DNA of 64,000 bases from Rickettsiales bacterium (GTDB lineage Bacteria > Pseudomonadota > Alphaproteobacteria > Rickettsiales > JABCZZ01), in assembly GCA_035765535.1 (NCBI GenBank), contig DASTXE010000005.1, positions 36,684 to 100,683 on the forward strand. The letters run 5' to 3'. Under the pieces are notes generated by a model that saw only the letters and a program-made list of their open reading frames with translations, had not been told where the DNA came from and did no database searches. Position numbers and translations under genes: made by a program. This document shows, in pieces, positions 1-7,831 of the stretch (position 1 is its first letter; every line of letters starts with the position of its first letter).

Positions 1-691
1 ACGTGAAGCGGCTGCCAAGTGTTGCAATGTCAAAACCGTGACTATTGAGCACCCAGGTAAGCAGTGTCCCGATAGCAATGCCTACGACCGGGGGCGGTAC
101 TTTGGGCAGGGCGAAGCGGGAGGTGAACATGATGAAGAGCGAGACCAATCCTACAAGCGCTTCCGGCCAATATAGCGATGGCATATGGCTGGCTATGACA
201 CTTACTTTCTCAATATAGCTGCCATGAAGATTTTCAATCCGCAAGCCGAGCAGATCATTTAGTGAAATAGTCGCAATGACCATGGCGATGCCAGAGGTAA
301 AACCGGTAGTGACGGGATAGGGGACATAATTGATATAACGTCCGACCTTGGTTATCCCCATAAGAATCAGCAGAATACCGGAGATGATGGTGGTAATGAT
401 CAGTCCGTGCAGGCCGTGTTGCGAGACAATAGGCGCGAGGATGACTACGAACGCGGCGGTCGGTCCGCTAACCTGAAATGGTGCTCCGCCGAGCAGGGGT
501 ACGATAATACCGGTGACGATGGCGGTATAGAGGCCATATTGTGGCGGCAGGCCGACAGCGATCGCCAATGCCATATCCAGCGGCAGGGCGACCAGTGAGA
601 CGATCAGGGCTGCGATCAGATCGTGCCTGAACGTATTCAGGCTATATCCTTCCCGAAGCGATTTTCTCAGTGCGCAGGCCAAGGGGAACAT
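1..691 (-). CDS. SulP-family inorganic anion (sulfate) permease, N-terminal part; gene runs off the left window edge
   Basis: Hand translation of the minus strand from ATG at 691 gives MFPLACALRKSLREGYSLNTFRHDLIAALIVSLVALPLDMALAIAVGLPPQYGLYTAIVTGIIVPLLGGAPFQVSGPTAAF..., with no stop down to position 1. This is the typical SulP N-terminus (PxxxAxAxxxGLPPxxGLY). It is absent from the ORF track because it is open-ended. Confidence 0.7.
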   Translation of the reverse strand, partial: MFPLACALRKSLREGYSLNTFRHDLIAALIVSLVALPLDMALAIAVGLPPQYGLYTAIVTGIIVPLLGGAPFQVSGPTAAFVVILAPIVSQHGLHGLIITTIISGILLILMGITKVGRYINYVPYPVTTGFTSGIAMVIATISLNDLLGLRIENLHGSYIEKVSVIASHMPSLYWPEALVGLVSLFIMFTSRFALPKVPPPVVGIAIGTLLTWVLNSHGFDIATLGSRFT

Positions 692-695
692 AGGA

Positions 696-869
696 TTACC
701 AGCTTACGTTATGTTCGTTCAGGAAATCGCGGATCATCTGGCGCAGTGCCTGAGACGGGGTTTTATCCAGCCGCGCGCAGAGATCCTCGAACGCTTTTTT
801 CTTATCCGGGTCGATAAGAATTGTCAGGCGGGCGGTGCGGTTTTCTTTTATGATAGCTTTCTGTTTCAT
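696..869 (-). CDS. Small ribbon-helix-helix (CopG/Arc/MetJ-like) protein, 57 aa
   Basis: Hand translation gives MKQKAIIKENRTARLTILIDPDKKKAFEDLCARLDKTPSQALRQMIRDFLNEHNVSW. It shows a beta-strand/helix/helix pattern (RLTILID, KKAFEDLCARL, TPSQALRQMIRDFL). The ATG overlaps the upstream DUF167 stop (ATGA at 866-869), and its stop lies 4 nt before the SulP ATG. It is below the 60-aa cutoff of the ORF track. Confidence 0.55.
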   Translation of the reverse strand: MKQKAIIKENRTARLTILIDPDKKKAFEDLCARLDKTPSQALRQMIRDFLNEHNVSW

Positions 870-1123
870 CCGATACTCACTGTTTTGTTGCGTGATGTGT
901 GCCCCCGCAGGATAGCAAGGGCGGATAGCGGAACGTTGAAATGCCCTGCCAATAATTTCAGCAAGGCTTCATTCGCCTTGTTTTTATCAGGTGCGGCAGT
1001 GACATAGACGGTCAGTACTTCCTTGCCGTCTGCGGTAGAACGCATCTCACCGATACGGTCACTGGAGGCTTTCGGTGTCAGTTTAATATTGATGGTTCTT
1101 GCTGCTGCCATGAGAGATATCAT
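866..1123 (-). CDS. DUF167 (YggU/UPF0235) family protein
   Basis: 85 aa. Pattern LKV/YVTAAPxxNKANEALLKLLAxxFxVPxSALxILRGHTSRNKTVSIG matches the YggU family signature (PxxGKAN...sG.tsr.K.v.i). Confidence 0.7.
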   Translation of the reverse strand: MISLMAAARTINIKLTPKASSDRIGEMRSTADGKEVLTVYVTAAPDKNKANEALLKLLAGHFNVPLSALAILRGHTSRNKTVSIG

Positions 1124-1252
1124 AATTTCATTATAATCTTATTTCAATCTGTATATCATTAAATTTACACGAAAAAGCCATTTGTCATAAAAGCTTAAAG
1201 GACATAGCCTGGGAAAAATGTTAAACTCAGGGTAAGTTAGGATACGTGCGCT

Positions 1253-2065
1253 ATGTTTTTTAAAAAAGGCAAAGACACTCAAATAGGCGAGTCACCCTCG
1301 CTGGACCAGGAAAAATGGTTCAAGAAACTTTCCCCCAATAGTCCTATCAGGAAGGTGCTGGCAGTCTTTGCCTCCAATAGTATGGGGCTTCCGGAGATTG
1401 AAGGCGATAAAGCTGCGCTCATGGCTGCCAGGCGATTGGGGCGTGGTAAAGATGCCAATGTTGTCATAAACCGCTATTCGGGTGGCAGAAAACCCGAGGA
1501 TAAAGCGCTTGGCGCTAATCCTGCAGCGACGATGTCGCAAGAAGTGATTAATGCGAATACAGCTGCGATGGAAAAGCAGCTTGAGCATGAGGCGGCTGCC
1601 AAAGCGGTTATGGAGAAGCAATTCGGTCAGGAAGCAGTAGCTAAAGCTGAGGAAGAGGAAAGGGCTGCTGCGGCAGCTGCAAAAACGGAAGAAAAAGATG
1701 AAGAAAGGTCTTGTCCGTTCAATGCGAATGAGCGGCTTTTTATCCGGTTGGAGGGGCTGGATCCTCACAATTTGACATCAAGGCAGATGGATCAATACCG
1801 TAACTGGTTTAATACGCATAATCTGGCGGAACTGGAAGCGGAAGAAAGATGTATGAACCGCGTGCTTTCCCCTACGGAAAACGCACTCGAGGCGTCACTG
1901 CATTTTACGGATAAGGAACAGGCGCAGATCGATTCCATCCGGAATGAATTTGCTAAGAAATTCGGTTCGACCTGCTATGCGCAGGATGCAGAGTTGCCTG
2001 ATAACAGCCCCACGGTCGGCACCAAGCAAAGGGTTGCTTCCACCTCTATGGGCGGACCGGATTAA
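1253..2065 (+). CDS. Hypothetical protein, Ala/Glu-rich low-complexity centre; carries a module shared with the 738-aa ORF
   Basis: 270-aa ORF with no recognisable catalytic motif. Residues ~80-113 (KPEDKALGANPAATMSQEVINANTAAMEKQLEHE) recur in the protein at 7832-10048. There is an internal duplication MEKQLEHEAAAKA/MEKQFGQEAVAKA. Confidence 0.5.
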   Translation: MFFKKGKDTQIGESPSLDQEKWFKKLSPNSPIRKVLAVFASNSMGLPEIEGDKAALMAARRLGRGKDANVVINRYSGGRKPEDKALGANPAATMSQEVINANTAAMEKQLEHEAAAKAVMEKQFGQEAVAKAEEEERAAAAAAKTEEKDEERSCPFNANERLFIRLEGLDPHNLTSRQMDQYRNWFNTHNLAELEAEERCMNRVLSPTENALEASLHFTDKEQAQIDSIRNEFAKKFGSTCYAQDAELPDNSPTVGTKQRVASTSMGGPD

Positions 2066-2555
2066 TTACTATCAGCGTGGTTTCATCGACGGTCCTCAGT
2101 ATTTCCAGCATATGTTCCAGCGAAATGGCAACACAGCCGAGCGTCGGGCTGTAATCCGGTTTTGCCAGATGGAAGAAGATCGCACTGCCTTTGCCGGGCA
2201 CGATCTCCGTGTCGTTGAAGCCGATTGGAACAATGATGTCGTACATATGATCTTCACGCCAGAGCTTCTCGTGCGAAGCTGGGAAGGGGAGTTTCACATG
2301 CTTGTTATAGTCTTTGTGTTCCGGCGCATCGCACCAGCCGTCATCTTCCGCGATGGGGCGGAGTTTGAGCTTTGTTTCCGGTGGAGTTACGCGGTCCGGC
2401 CGGTACCAGCATTCACGTAAATAAAAGCTGCCGAGCGGCGTTTTCTTTGCGCCTTCCTGTGGTGTATCCGTGAAGCCGTGCTTGCCTATGGCGCAAGTGT
2501 ATTTCTGGCCTAGGAATTCCAGTTCATTGGGACCGGTGACATAGATATGGTTCAT
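2046..2555 (-). CDS. L,D-transpeptidase (YkuD) family protein
   Basis: 169 aa. The catalytic-type motif SAIFFHLAKPDYSPTLGCVAI (His ... S/T-x-G-C) is typical of the YkuD fold. 4-nt overlap with the folC stop. Confidence 0.65.
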   Translation of the reverse strand: MNHIYVTGPNELEFLGQKYTCAIGKHGFTDTPQEGAKKTPLGSFYLRECWYRPDRVTPPETKLKLRPIAEDDGWCDAPEHKDYNKHVKLPFPASHEKLWREDHMYDIIVPIGFNDTEIVPGKGSAIFFHLAKPDYSPTLGCVAISLEHMLEILRTVDETTLIVINPVRP

Positions 2556-3868
2556 AGATATTTTGTCTCAAGCCAGAGGTAAAGTGAGCCGAACACCAAG
2601 ACACGAAACGGCTCTTTTGCATTGCGCATGATATCGTTTAAGGCATCCTGAATACTCTCGCAAGCCTTGACTGCGAGCGGGGCAGAAAGGTCACGAATGG
2701 TTTCGGCCTTATAGCTGCGCGGTTCGGATTTCACGGGCACGGCGTATATCTGCTTTGCGATAGCGGTAAAAGGAGCGAGCATGGAGGGAACGTCTTTGCC
2801 CTCCGTGGTGCCGAAAATCAGGTAGAATGGTTTCTCCTGCCAGTATTGCTGCGCATGATAGGCTATGACTCCGGCAGCTGCCATATTGTGGCCGCCATCA
2901 AACCAGAGTTCGCAACCTGACGGCAGATCGTGATAGTCCATTTTCTGCAGGCGGCCTTTCCACTGCGCCTGCATGAGGCCGCGTACAACATGGCTTGATT
3001 CCACATTGAAATCCTGTAGCGCGCTGATGGCGGCAATGGCATTGCCTGCATTGACGATCTGATGTGCGCCGAGCAGTGAAGGCAGGGGTAATTTTGCTTC
3101 CGCATCGGCATCGGCATACAGCATACCTTCAGGTGTTTTGCGGGTCAGCCAGTGTTTGCCATATATATGCAGCGGGGCATTAATACGTGTTGCTTCCCGC
3201 TCCAATGACTCCAGCGCTTCGGGCGGTTGGTAGCTGACAATGCAGGGAACGTCTGGCTTTAATATGCCTGCTTCAAACCGGGCAATTGAATCCAGCGTAT
3301 TGCCCATATATTCCATATGGTCATAGGAGATGGTGGTCAGTACGGTGAGCAGCGGGGAATCGATAATATTGGTCGCGTCCACCGTGCCGCCCAGCCCCAT
3401 TTCCATCAATAATACATCTGCGGGATGATTTGCAAAGGCCAGTGTGGCGGCGGCTGTTGTGGCATCAAAGAAGCCGACATCCATATCGCCCGCCGCCATT
3501 CGCGTAGCCTCAAGCACTTCTTGCAGTGTTTCGTCGCCAATTTCTCTTCCGCTCAGCACAATACGCTCGTTGAAGCGCTCGATATGCGGTGAAGTATAAG
3601 TATGTACGCGGTAGCCTGCTGCTTCCAGCATGGTGCGCATAAAGGCGATGGTAGATCCTTTGCCCTTTGTGCCGCCGACATGCACGACCGGGGGGAGCCG
3701 TTTTTCCGGATACCCCATTTTTGCGAGCAATTTCCTGGCGCGTTCGGAGGGGGTACCTTGCGGCTCAGGGCCCAACGGCTTGGGCCAGTGCGGCATATGC
3801 AGGGCGTAGGGGGACAAAAAAGAAGGGGCCATAGCGCGAACTATGGCCCCCTGCTTTTGTTTGGTCAA
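2552..3868 (-). CDS. folC: Bifunctional folylpolyglutamate synthase / dihydrofolate synthase
   Basis: 438 aa. Mur-ligase P-loop VHVGGTKGKGST, followed by the typical FolC layout. Confidence 0.9.
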   Translation of the reverse strand: MTKQKQGAIVRAMAPSFLSPYALHMPHWPKPLGPEPQGTPSERARKLLAKMGYPEKRLPPVVHVGGTKGKGSTIAFMRTMLEAAGYRVHTYTSPHIERFNERIVLSGREIGDETLQEVLEATRMAAGDMDVGFFDATTAAATLAFANHPADVLLMEMGLGGTVDATNIIDSPLLTVLTTISYDHMEYMGNTLDSIARFEAGILKPDVPCIVSYQPPEALESLEREATRINAPLHIYGKHWLTRKTPEGMLYADADAEAKLPLPSLLGAHQIVNAGNAIAAISALQDFNVESSHVVRGLMQAQWKGRLQKMDYHDLPSGCELWFDGGHNMAAAGVIAYHAQQYWQEKPFYLIFGTTEGKDVPSMLAPFTAIAKQIYAVPVKSEPRSYKAETIRDLSAPLAVKACESIQDALNDIMRNAKEPFRVLVFGSLYLWLETKYL

Positions 3869-3877
3869 GTTCCCAGA

Positions 3878-4507
3878 TTATTTCTGGAAGTCGAACTCGA
3901 TCTCAACACGGCGGTCTCTTGCCATGCAAGCGATCTTCTTCTTGCGGGCTTTGACTTTCGAGCAATCCACTACCGGATCCTTTTCGCCCATACCGCGCAG
4001 GCCGATAACGTTCACGTCGATATTCACACGTCTTGCCAGATAAGCCTGTACAGCATTAGCGCGTTTGACGGACAGTTTATCGTTATAGGAGCTGGTGCCG
4101 ATTTCGTCCGTATACCCAACGATCTTCACACGAAGCACGCGCGGTGAATGCCTTACAGCGTCCGCGATTGCGTCGAGTTTGATCTTTGCGTTTTCGGTCA
4201 GGTCGGCCTTGTTGAAGTTGAAGTAAATGGTCAGCTGTTCATGAGCGAGCCTGCTTACCGGCTGCTGAACAACAGGTGCGGGTGCGGGAGCCGGAGCGGC
4301 TACTACCGGTTGCGGTGCCGGAGCCGGTTCACACGGATTGGAAGCGGCGGTCCATTTCGTCTGGACGCAGGTGCCGAATTTTTCGCTCTTTACGGGCTGC
4401 TTACCCGGGCCGACGACAACGTCCTGCGATTCAGCGGCGAAAGCCGACTGCGCAAGGCCGAAAATAAGCGCCAGGGTGGCGAGCGATTTTATCATTTTTT
4501 TGTACAT
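3878..4507 (-). CDS. OmpA-family peptidoglycan-binding outer-membrane/periplasmic protein
   Basis: Signal peptide MYKKMIKSLATLALIFGLAQSAFA. Pro/Ala-rich linker (PAPAPQPVVAAPAPAPAPVV). C-terminal OmpA domain with GYTDEIGTSSYNDKLSVKRANAV. Confidence 0.85.
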   Translation of the reverse strand: MYKKMIKSLATLALIFGLAQSAFAAESQDVVVGPGKQPVKSEKFGTCVQTKWTAASNPCEPAPAPQPVVAAPAPAPAPVVQQPVSRLAHEQLTIYFNFNKADLTENAKIKLDAIADAVRHSPRVLRVKIVGYTDEIGTSSYNDKLSVKRANAVQAYLARRVNIDVNVIGLRGMGEKDPVVDCSKVKARKKKIACMARDRRVEIEFDFQK

Positions 4508-4596
4508 AGTTAAACACTCCGAGGTTGATTTGAGCGGATGCTATTCATTTATTCTTGAACCGTCAAGATGTAATGTAGTAACTCATACCGGGAGGT

Positions 4597-5274
4597 GTGA
4601 CGGTAAAAAATATGGAATGGAAAGTCAGCGAACAGCCTGTAGATTACCTTGCCGCAGTGGCGGCAATGGAGGGGCGCGTGCGTGCCATCCGGGCGGGTGA
4701 AGCAGACGAGCTTGTCTGGCTGCTTGAGCATCCGCCACTTTATACCGCAGGGACAAGCGCGCAGGATGGCGACCTGCTCGACAGTAACGGTTTCCCTGTC
4801 TACAAAACCGGGCGTGGTGGGCAATATACTTATCACGGCCCCGGCCAGCGCATTGCTTATATTATGCTCGATCTTAAGCGGCGCACGCCAGATGTGCGGC
4901 TTTATGTGCAGCAGCTGGAGCAGCTTGTGATTGCGACGCTGGCTGATTTTGACGTGACGGGAGAGATCAGGGAAGGACGTGTCGGAGTCTGGGTGCGGGA
5001 AAAAGCAGGAAGTCTCTCCGGCGAAGATAAGGCGGAAGCTATAGCGTATAATGGCAAGGAATCCAAGATTGCTGCGCTCGGAGTGCGTATCCGCCAATGG
5101 GTAACGTATCACGGCGTAGCGGTCAACATCAGCCCTAATCTGGATCATTATAAGGGGATAGTCCCATGCGGCATCACGGAACATGGCGTGACCTCCTTGC
5201 AACAGCTGGGAAAAAATGTGGGGTATGGGGAATTTGACACAGCCTTCAGAAAAGCATTTCACACTATTTTTTAG
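4597..5274 (+). CDS. lipB: Lipoyl(octanoyl) transferase
   Basis: 225 aa with a LipB-like sequence ([34 protein letters not shown]). The start is uncertain: GTG at 4597 or ATG at 4612. Confidence 0.9.
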   Translation: MTVKNMEWKVSEQPVDYLAAVAAMEGRVRAIRAGEADELVWLLEHPPLYTAGTSAQDGDLLDSNGFPVYKTGRGGQYTYHGPGQRIAYIMLDLKRRTPDVRLYVQQLEQLVIATLADFDVTGEIREGRVGVWVREKAGSLSGEDKAEAIAYNGKESKIAALGVRIRQWVTYHGVAVNISPNLDHYKGIVPCGITEHGVTSLQQLGKNVGYGEFDTAFRKAFHTIF

Positions 5275-5312
5275 CTGTTATAACCGCACTATTACTGTAT
5301 AGTCAGCAGAGT

Positions 5313-6083
5313 ATGAGAAACGAAGCAGAATCAACCTTTACGCCGAAACTTGTCGAGAAGAATTCCGGCCTCAAAGCATGCAACATAGGTAAGAGCTATG
5401 CGAAGAAGCCGGTCGTGCGCGATGTCACGCTCAGTGTTCAGCGCGGGGAAGCGGTTGGGGTATTAGGCCCCAACGGTGCCGGTAAGACAACCTGCTTTTA
5501 CATGGTAAGTGGGTTGATCCAGCCGGATTACGGTTCCATCTTCCTTGACGGTAACGACATTACAGCTCTGCCGATGTACCGCCGGGCCCGGCTTGGTATC
5601 GGTTATCTGCCGCAGGAATCCTCCATCTTCCGCGGGCTTACGGTGGAACAGAATATTATGGCAGTGCTCGAGGTGAATCAGCCCGTGCGCGAGAAATGCC
5701 ATACGATGCTGGACGAGCTGCTGGGTGAATTTTCCATCACGCATCTGCGTCATGTTCCGGCACTCGCATTGTCCGGCGGTGAACGCCGCCGCGTTGAAAT
5801 CGCACGCGCCCTTGCATCCAACCCGTCCTTCGTGCTGCTGGACGAACCGTTGGCCGGTATCGATCCGATTGCGGTAGCGGAAATCCGCATGTTGGTTTCG
5901 CATCTGAAAGATCGCGGTATCGGCGTGTTGATTACGGATCACAACGTGCGCGAAACACTCGAGATTATCGACCGTGCATATATCATGCATGACGGGATCG
6001 TGCTCATGGAGGGCACACCCCGTGAGATTGTGGACGATGACGAAGTGCGTCGCGTCTATCTTGGCGAGAGATTCAGTCTTTAG
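5313..6083 (+). CDS. lptB: LPS export ABC transporter ATP-binding protein
   Basis: Walker A GPNGAGKTT, signature LSGGERRRVEIARAL, and a position directly upstream of rpoN. Confidence 0.9.
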   Translation: MRNEAESTFTPKLVEKNSGLKACNIGKSYAKKPVVRDVTLSVQRGEAVGVLGPNGAGKTTCFYMVSGLIQPDYGSIFLDGNDITALPMYRRARLGIGYLPQESSIFRGLTVEQNIMAVLEVNQPVREKCHTMLDELLGEFSITHLRHVPALALSGGERRRVEIARALASNPSFVLLDEPLAGIDPIAVAEIRMLVSHLKDRGIGVLITDHNVRETLEIIDRAYIMHDGIVLMEGTPREIVDDDEVRRVYLGERFSL

Positions 6084-6110
6084 CATCATTGCAAGCAAAA
6101 CGTTTTTATT

Positions 6111-7583
6111 ATGTCAGCAATTGTCCCTCGTTTGGAACTAAGGCAAGGCCAGACACTGACGATGACGCAGCAGTTGCAGCAGTCGATCAAGCTGCTGCAG
6201 ATGTCTTCGCTCGAGATCACGGAGTATGTCGAGCAGGAAATCGAAAAAAATCCGCTGCTATCGGGCGAAGATGAAGAAGGCGAAAAGCCGGAGGGGCAGG
6301 AAGAGGCTGAAGTCTTAGAAACAGCTGGGCAGGAGAACGAACAACTCGCCGCGCAGGAGGAAGAGCCTGCAGCTGCTTATGAAGATGAAAGCAGCGTTTA
6401 CGAGAATCCTTACGAAGGCGAACAGTATGAGCCGCGTATCAAAACGCAGGATCATAACTATGAAGAGGGTGAAGGGTTCGAGTCTTATACGGCCAGCGAG
6501 AAAAGCCTGCGCGAATTTCTGCTGGAACAGCTGAACCTGGAAGCAACCGATCCAGTCATGCGCATGATTGGCCAGCACCTGATCGATCTGGTCGATGAAT
6601 CGGGGTATATCAAAGACGATCTGGCTAATATTGCGGCGTTGCTTTCCTGTCCGCCGGAGCTGATCGAGGAAACATTGCGCGTGCTGCAAGGGTTTGAGCC
6701 TATTGGCGTATGCGCGCGTAATCTGGCGGAATGCCTTTCCATTCAGCTGCGTGATAAGAACCGGCTTGATCCTGCCATGGAGAAGCTGCTTGCACATCTG
6801 GACCTGGTTGCAAAGAAAGATATCAAACAGCTCAGCAAGATCTGCGGGGTGGATGAAGATGACATCCGCGAGATGAGCGCAGAAGTACGTGCGCTTAATC
6901 CCCGTCCCGGCAGCGGTTTTCAGCATGAGGCAGTGCAGGCCATCATACCGGATGTATTCCTGCGGCGTGCGGGAGATAACTGGAATATAGAGCTTAACGC
7001 AGCGAGCCTGCCGCGTGTGCTGGTCAATCGCCGTTATTATGCGCAAGTGTCCGGCAAGGCGTCCGATAAGCAGGAAAAGAAATATCTCTCGGAGCAATTT
7101 GCGGCAGCAAACTGGCTCGTGCGGGCTCTGGACAGCCGCGCACAGACTATATTAAAAGTGGCGACCGAAATTGTGAAACAGCAGGAAAATTTTTTTCTCT
7201 ACGGTATCAAATACCTGAAACCGCTGACACTTAAAGAAGTTGCGGATGCAGTGGAACTGCATGAAAGCACGGTCAGCCGCGTGACGACCAATAAATTTAT
7301 TCTGACTGCACGCGGCACGTTTGAATTCAAATATTTCTTTAATGCTTCGATTCAGGGCAGTGACGGCGGAGAGTCTTATTCCAATAAGACCGTTCAATAC
7401 ATGATCAAGGAGCTCATTGATAAAGAAGGAGCAGACAGCGTACTTTCCGATGACACGATTGCAGAGCGCCTGCGGGAGAATGGTATTGAGCTGGCGCGAC
7501 GTACGGTTGCCAAGTATCGCGAGCTGATGAAAATCCCGTCTTCTTCGGTGAGGAAACGGCAGCTGCGTGGAGGCGAAAAGTGA
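6111..7583 (+). CDS. rpoN: RNA polymerase sigma-54 factor
   Basis: 490 aa. N-terminal Gln/Leu-rich region (LRQGQTLTMTQQLQQSIKLLQMS), an acidic linker, and a C-terminal RpoN box (ARRTVAKYRE). Confidence 0.95.
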   Translation: MSAIVPRLELRQGQTLTMTQQLQQSIKLLQMSSLEITEYVEQEIEKNPLLSGEDEEGEKPEGQEEAEVLETAGQENEQLAAQEEEPAAAYEDESSVYENPYEGEQYEPRIKTQDHNYEEGEGFESYTASEKSLREFLLEQLNLEATDPVMRMIGQHLIDLVDESGYIKDDLANIAALLSCPPELIEETLRVLQGFEPIGVCARNLAECLSIQLRDKNRLDPAMEKLLAHLDLVAKKDIKQLSKICGVDEDDIREMSAEVRALNPRPGSGFQHEAVQAIIPDVFLRRAGDNWNIELNAASLPRVLVNRRYYAQVSGKASDKQEKKYLSEQFAAANWLVRALDSRAQTILKVATEIVKQQENFFLYGIKYLKPLTLKEVADAVELHESTVSRVTTNKFILTARGTFEFKYFFNASIQGSDGGESYSNKTVQYMIKELIDKEGADSVLSDDTIAERLRENGIELARRTVAKYRELMKIPSSSVRKRQLRGGEK

Positions 7584-7828
7584 GCAAGTCGTTTCTGGGT
7601 AAATTTGAATCCTCACTCGGCGAACAGGTTTATCTTGTCACCGGCAATGATGCAGGCAGGGATTTATGGCATTATGTGCTAGTGGATAAGGCTAAGCTCC
7701 CGCTGTTCAAGCGTATGGTAAATTCCCCAACTATTGATGTCGCCGAATATGGCAAGGTGCTGTATTCCGGCTGGGGCAAAGAGCCTCCGCAGGAAATTAC
7801 AGAAAAGATCAAACAGGATTACTCTTAA
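7580..7828 (+). CDS. Hypothetical 82-aa protein, translationally coupled to rpoN
   Basis: GTG start overlaps the rpoN TGA (GTGA). A strong SD (GGAGG at 7569-7573) lies 6 nt upstream. No recognisable family. Confidence 0.55.
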   Translation: MSKSFLGKFESSLGEQVYLVTGNDAGRDLWHYVLVDKAKLPLFKRMVNSPTIDVAEYGKVLYSGWGKEPPQEITEKIKQDYS

Positions 7829-7831
7829 GGT

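Noticed and set aside
4549-7097. Minus-strand ORFs 4549-5262, 5463-6098 and 6315-7097
   Set aside because: Antisense to lipB, lptB and rpoN respectively, all of which are confidently identified.
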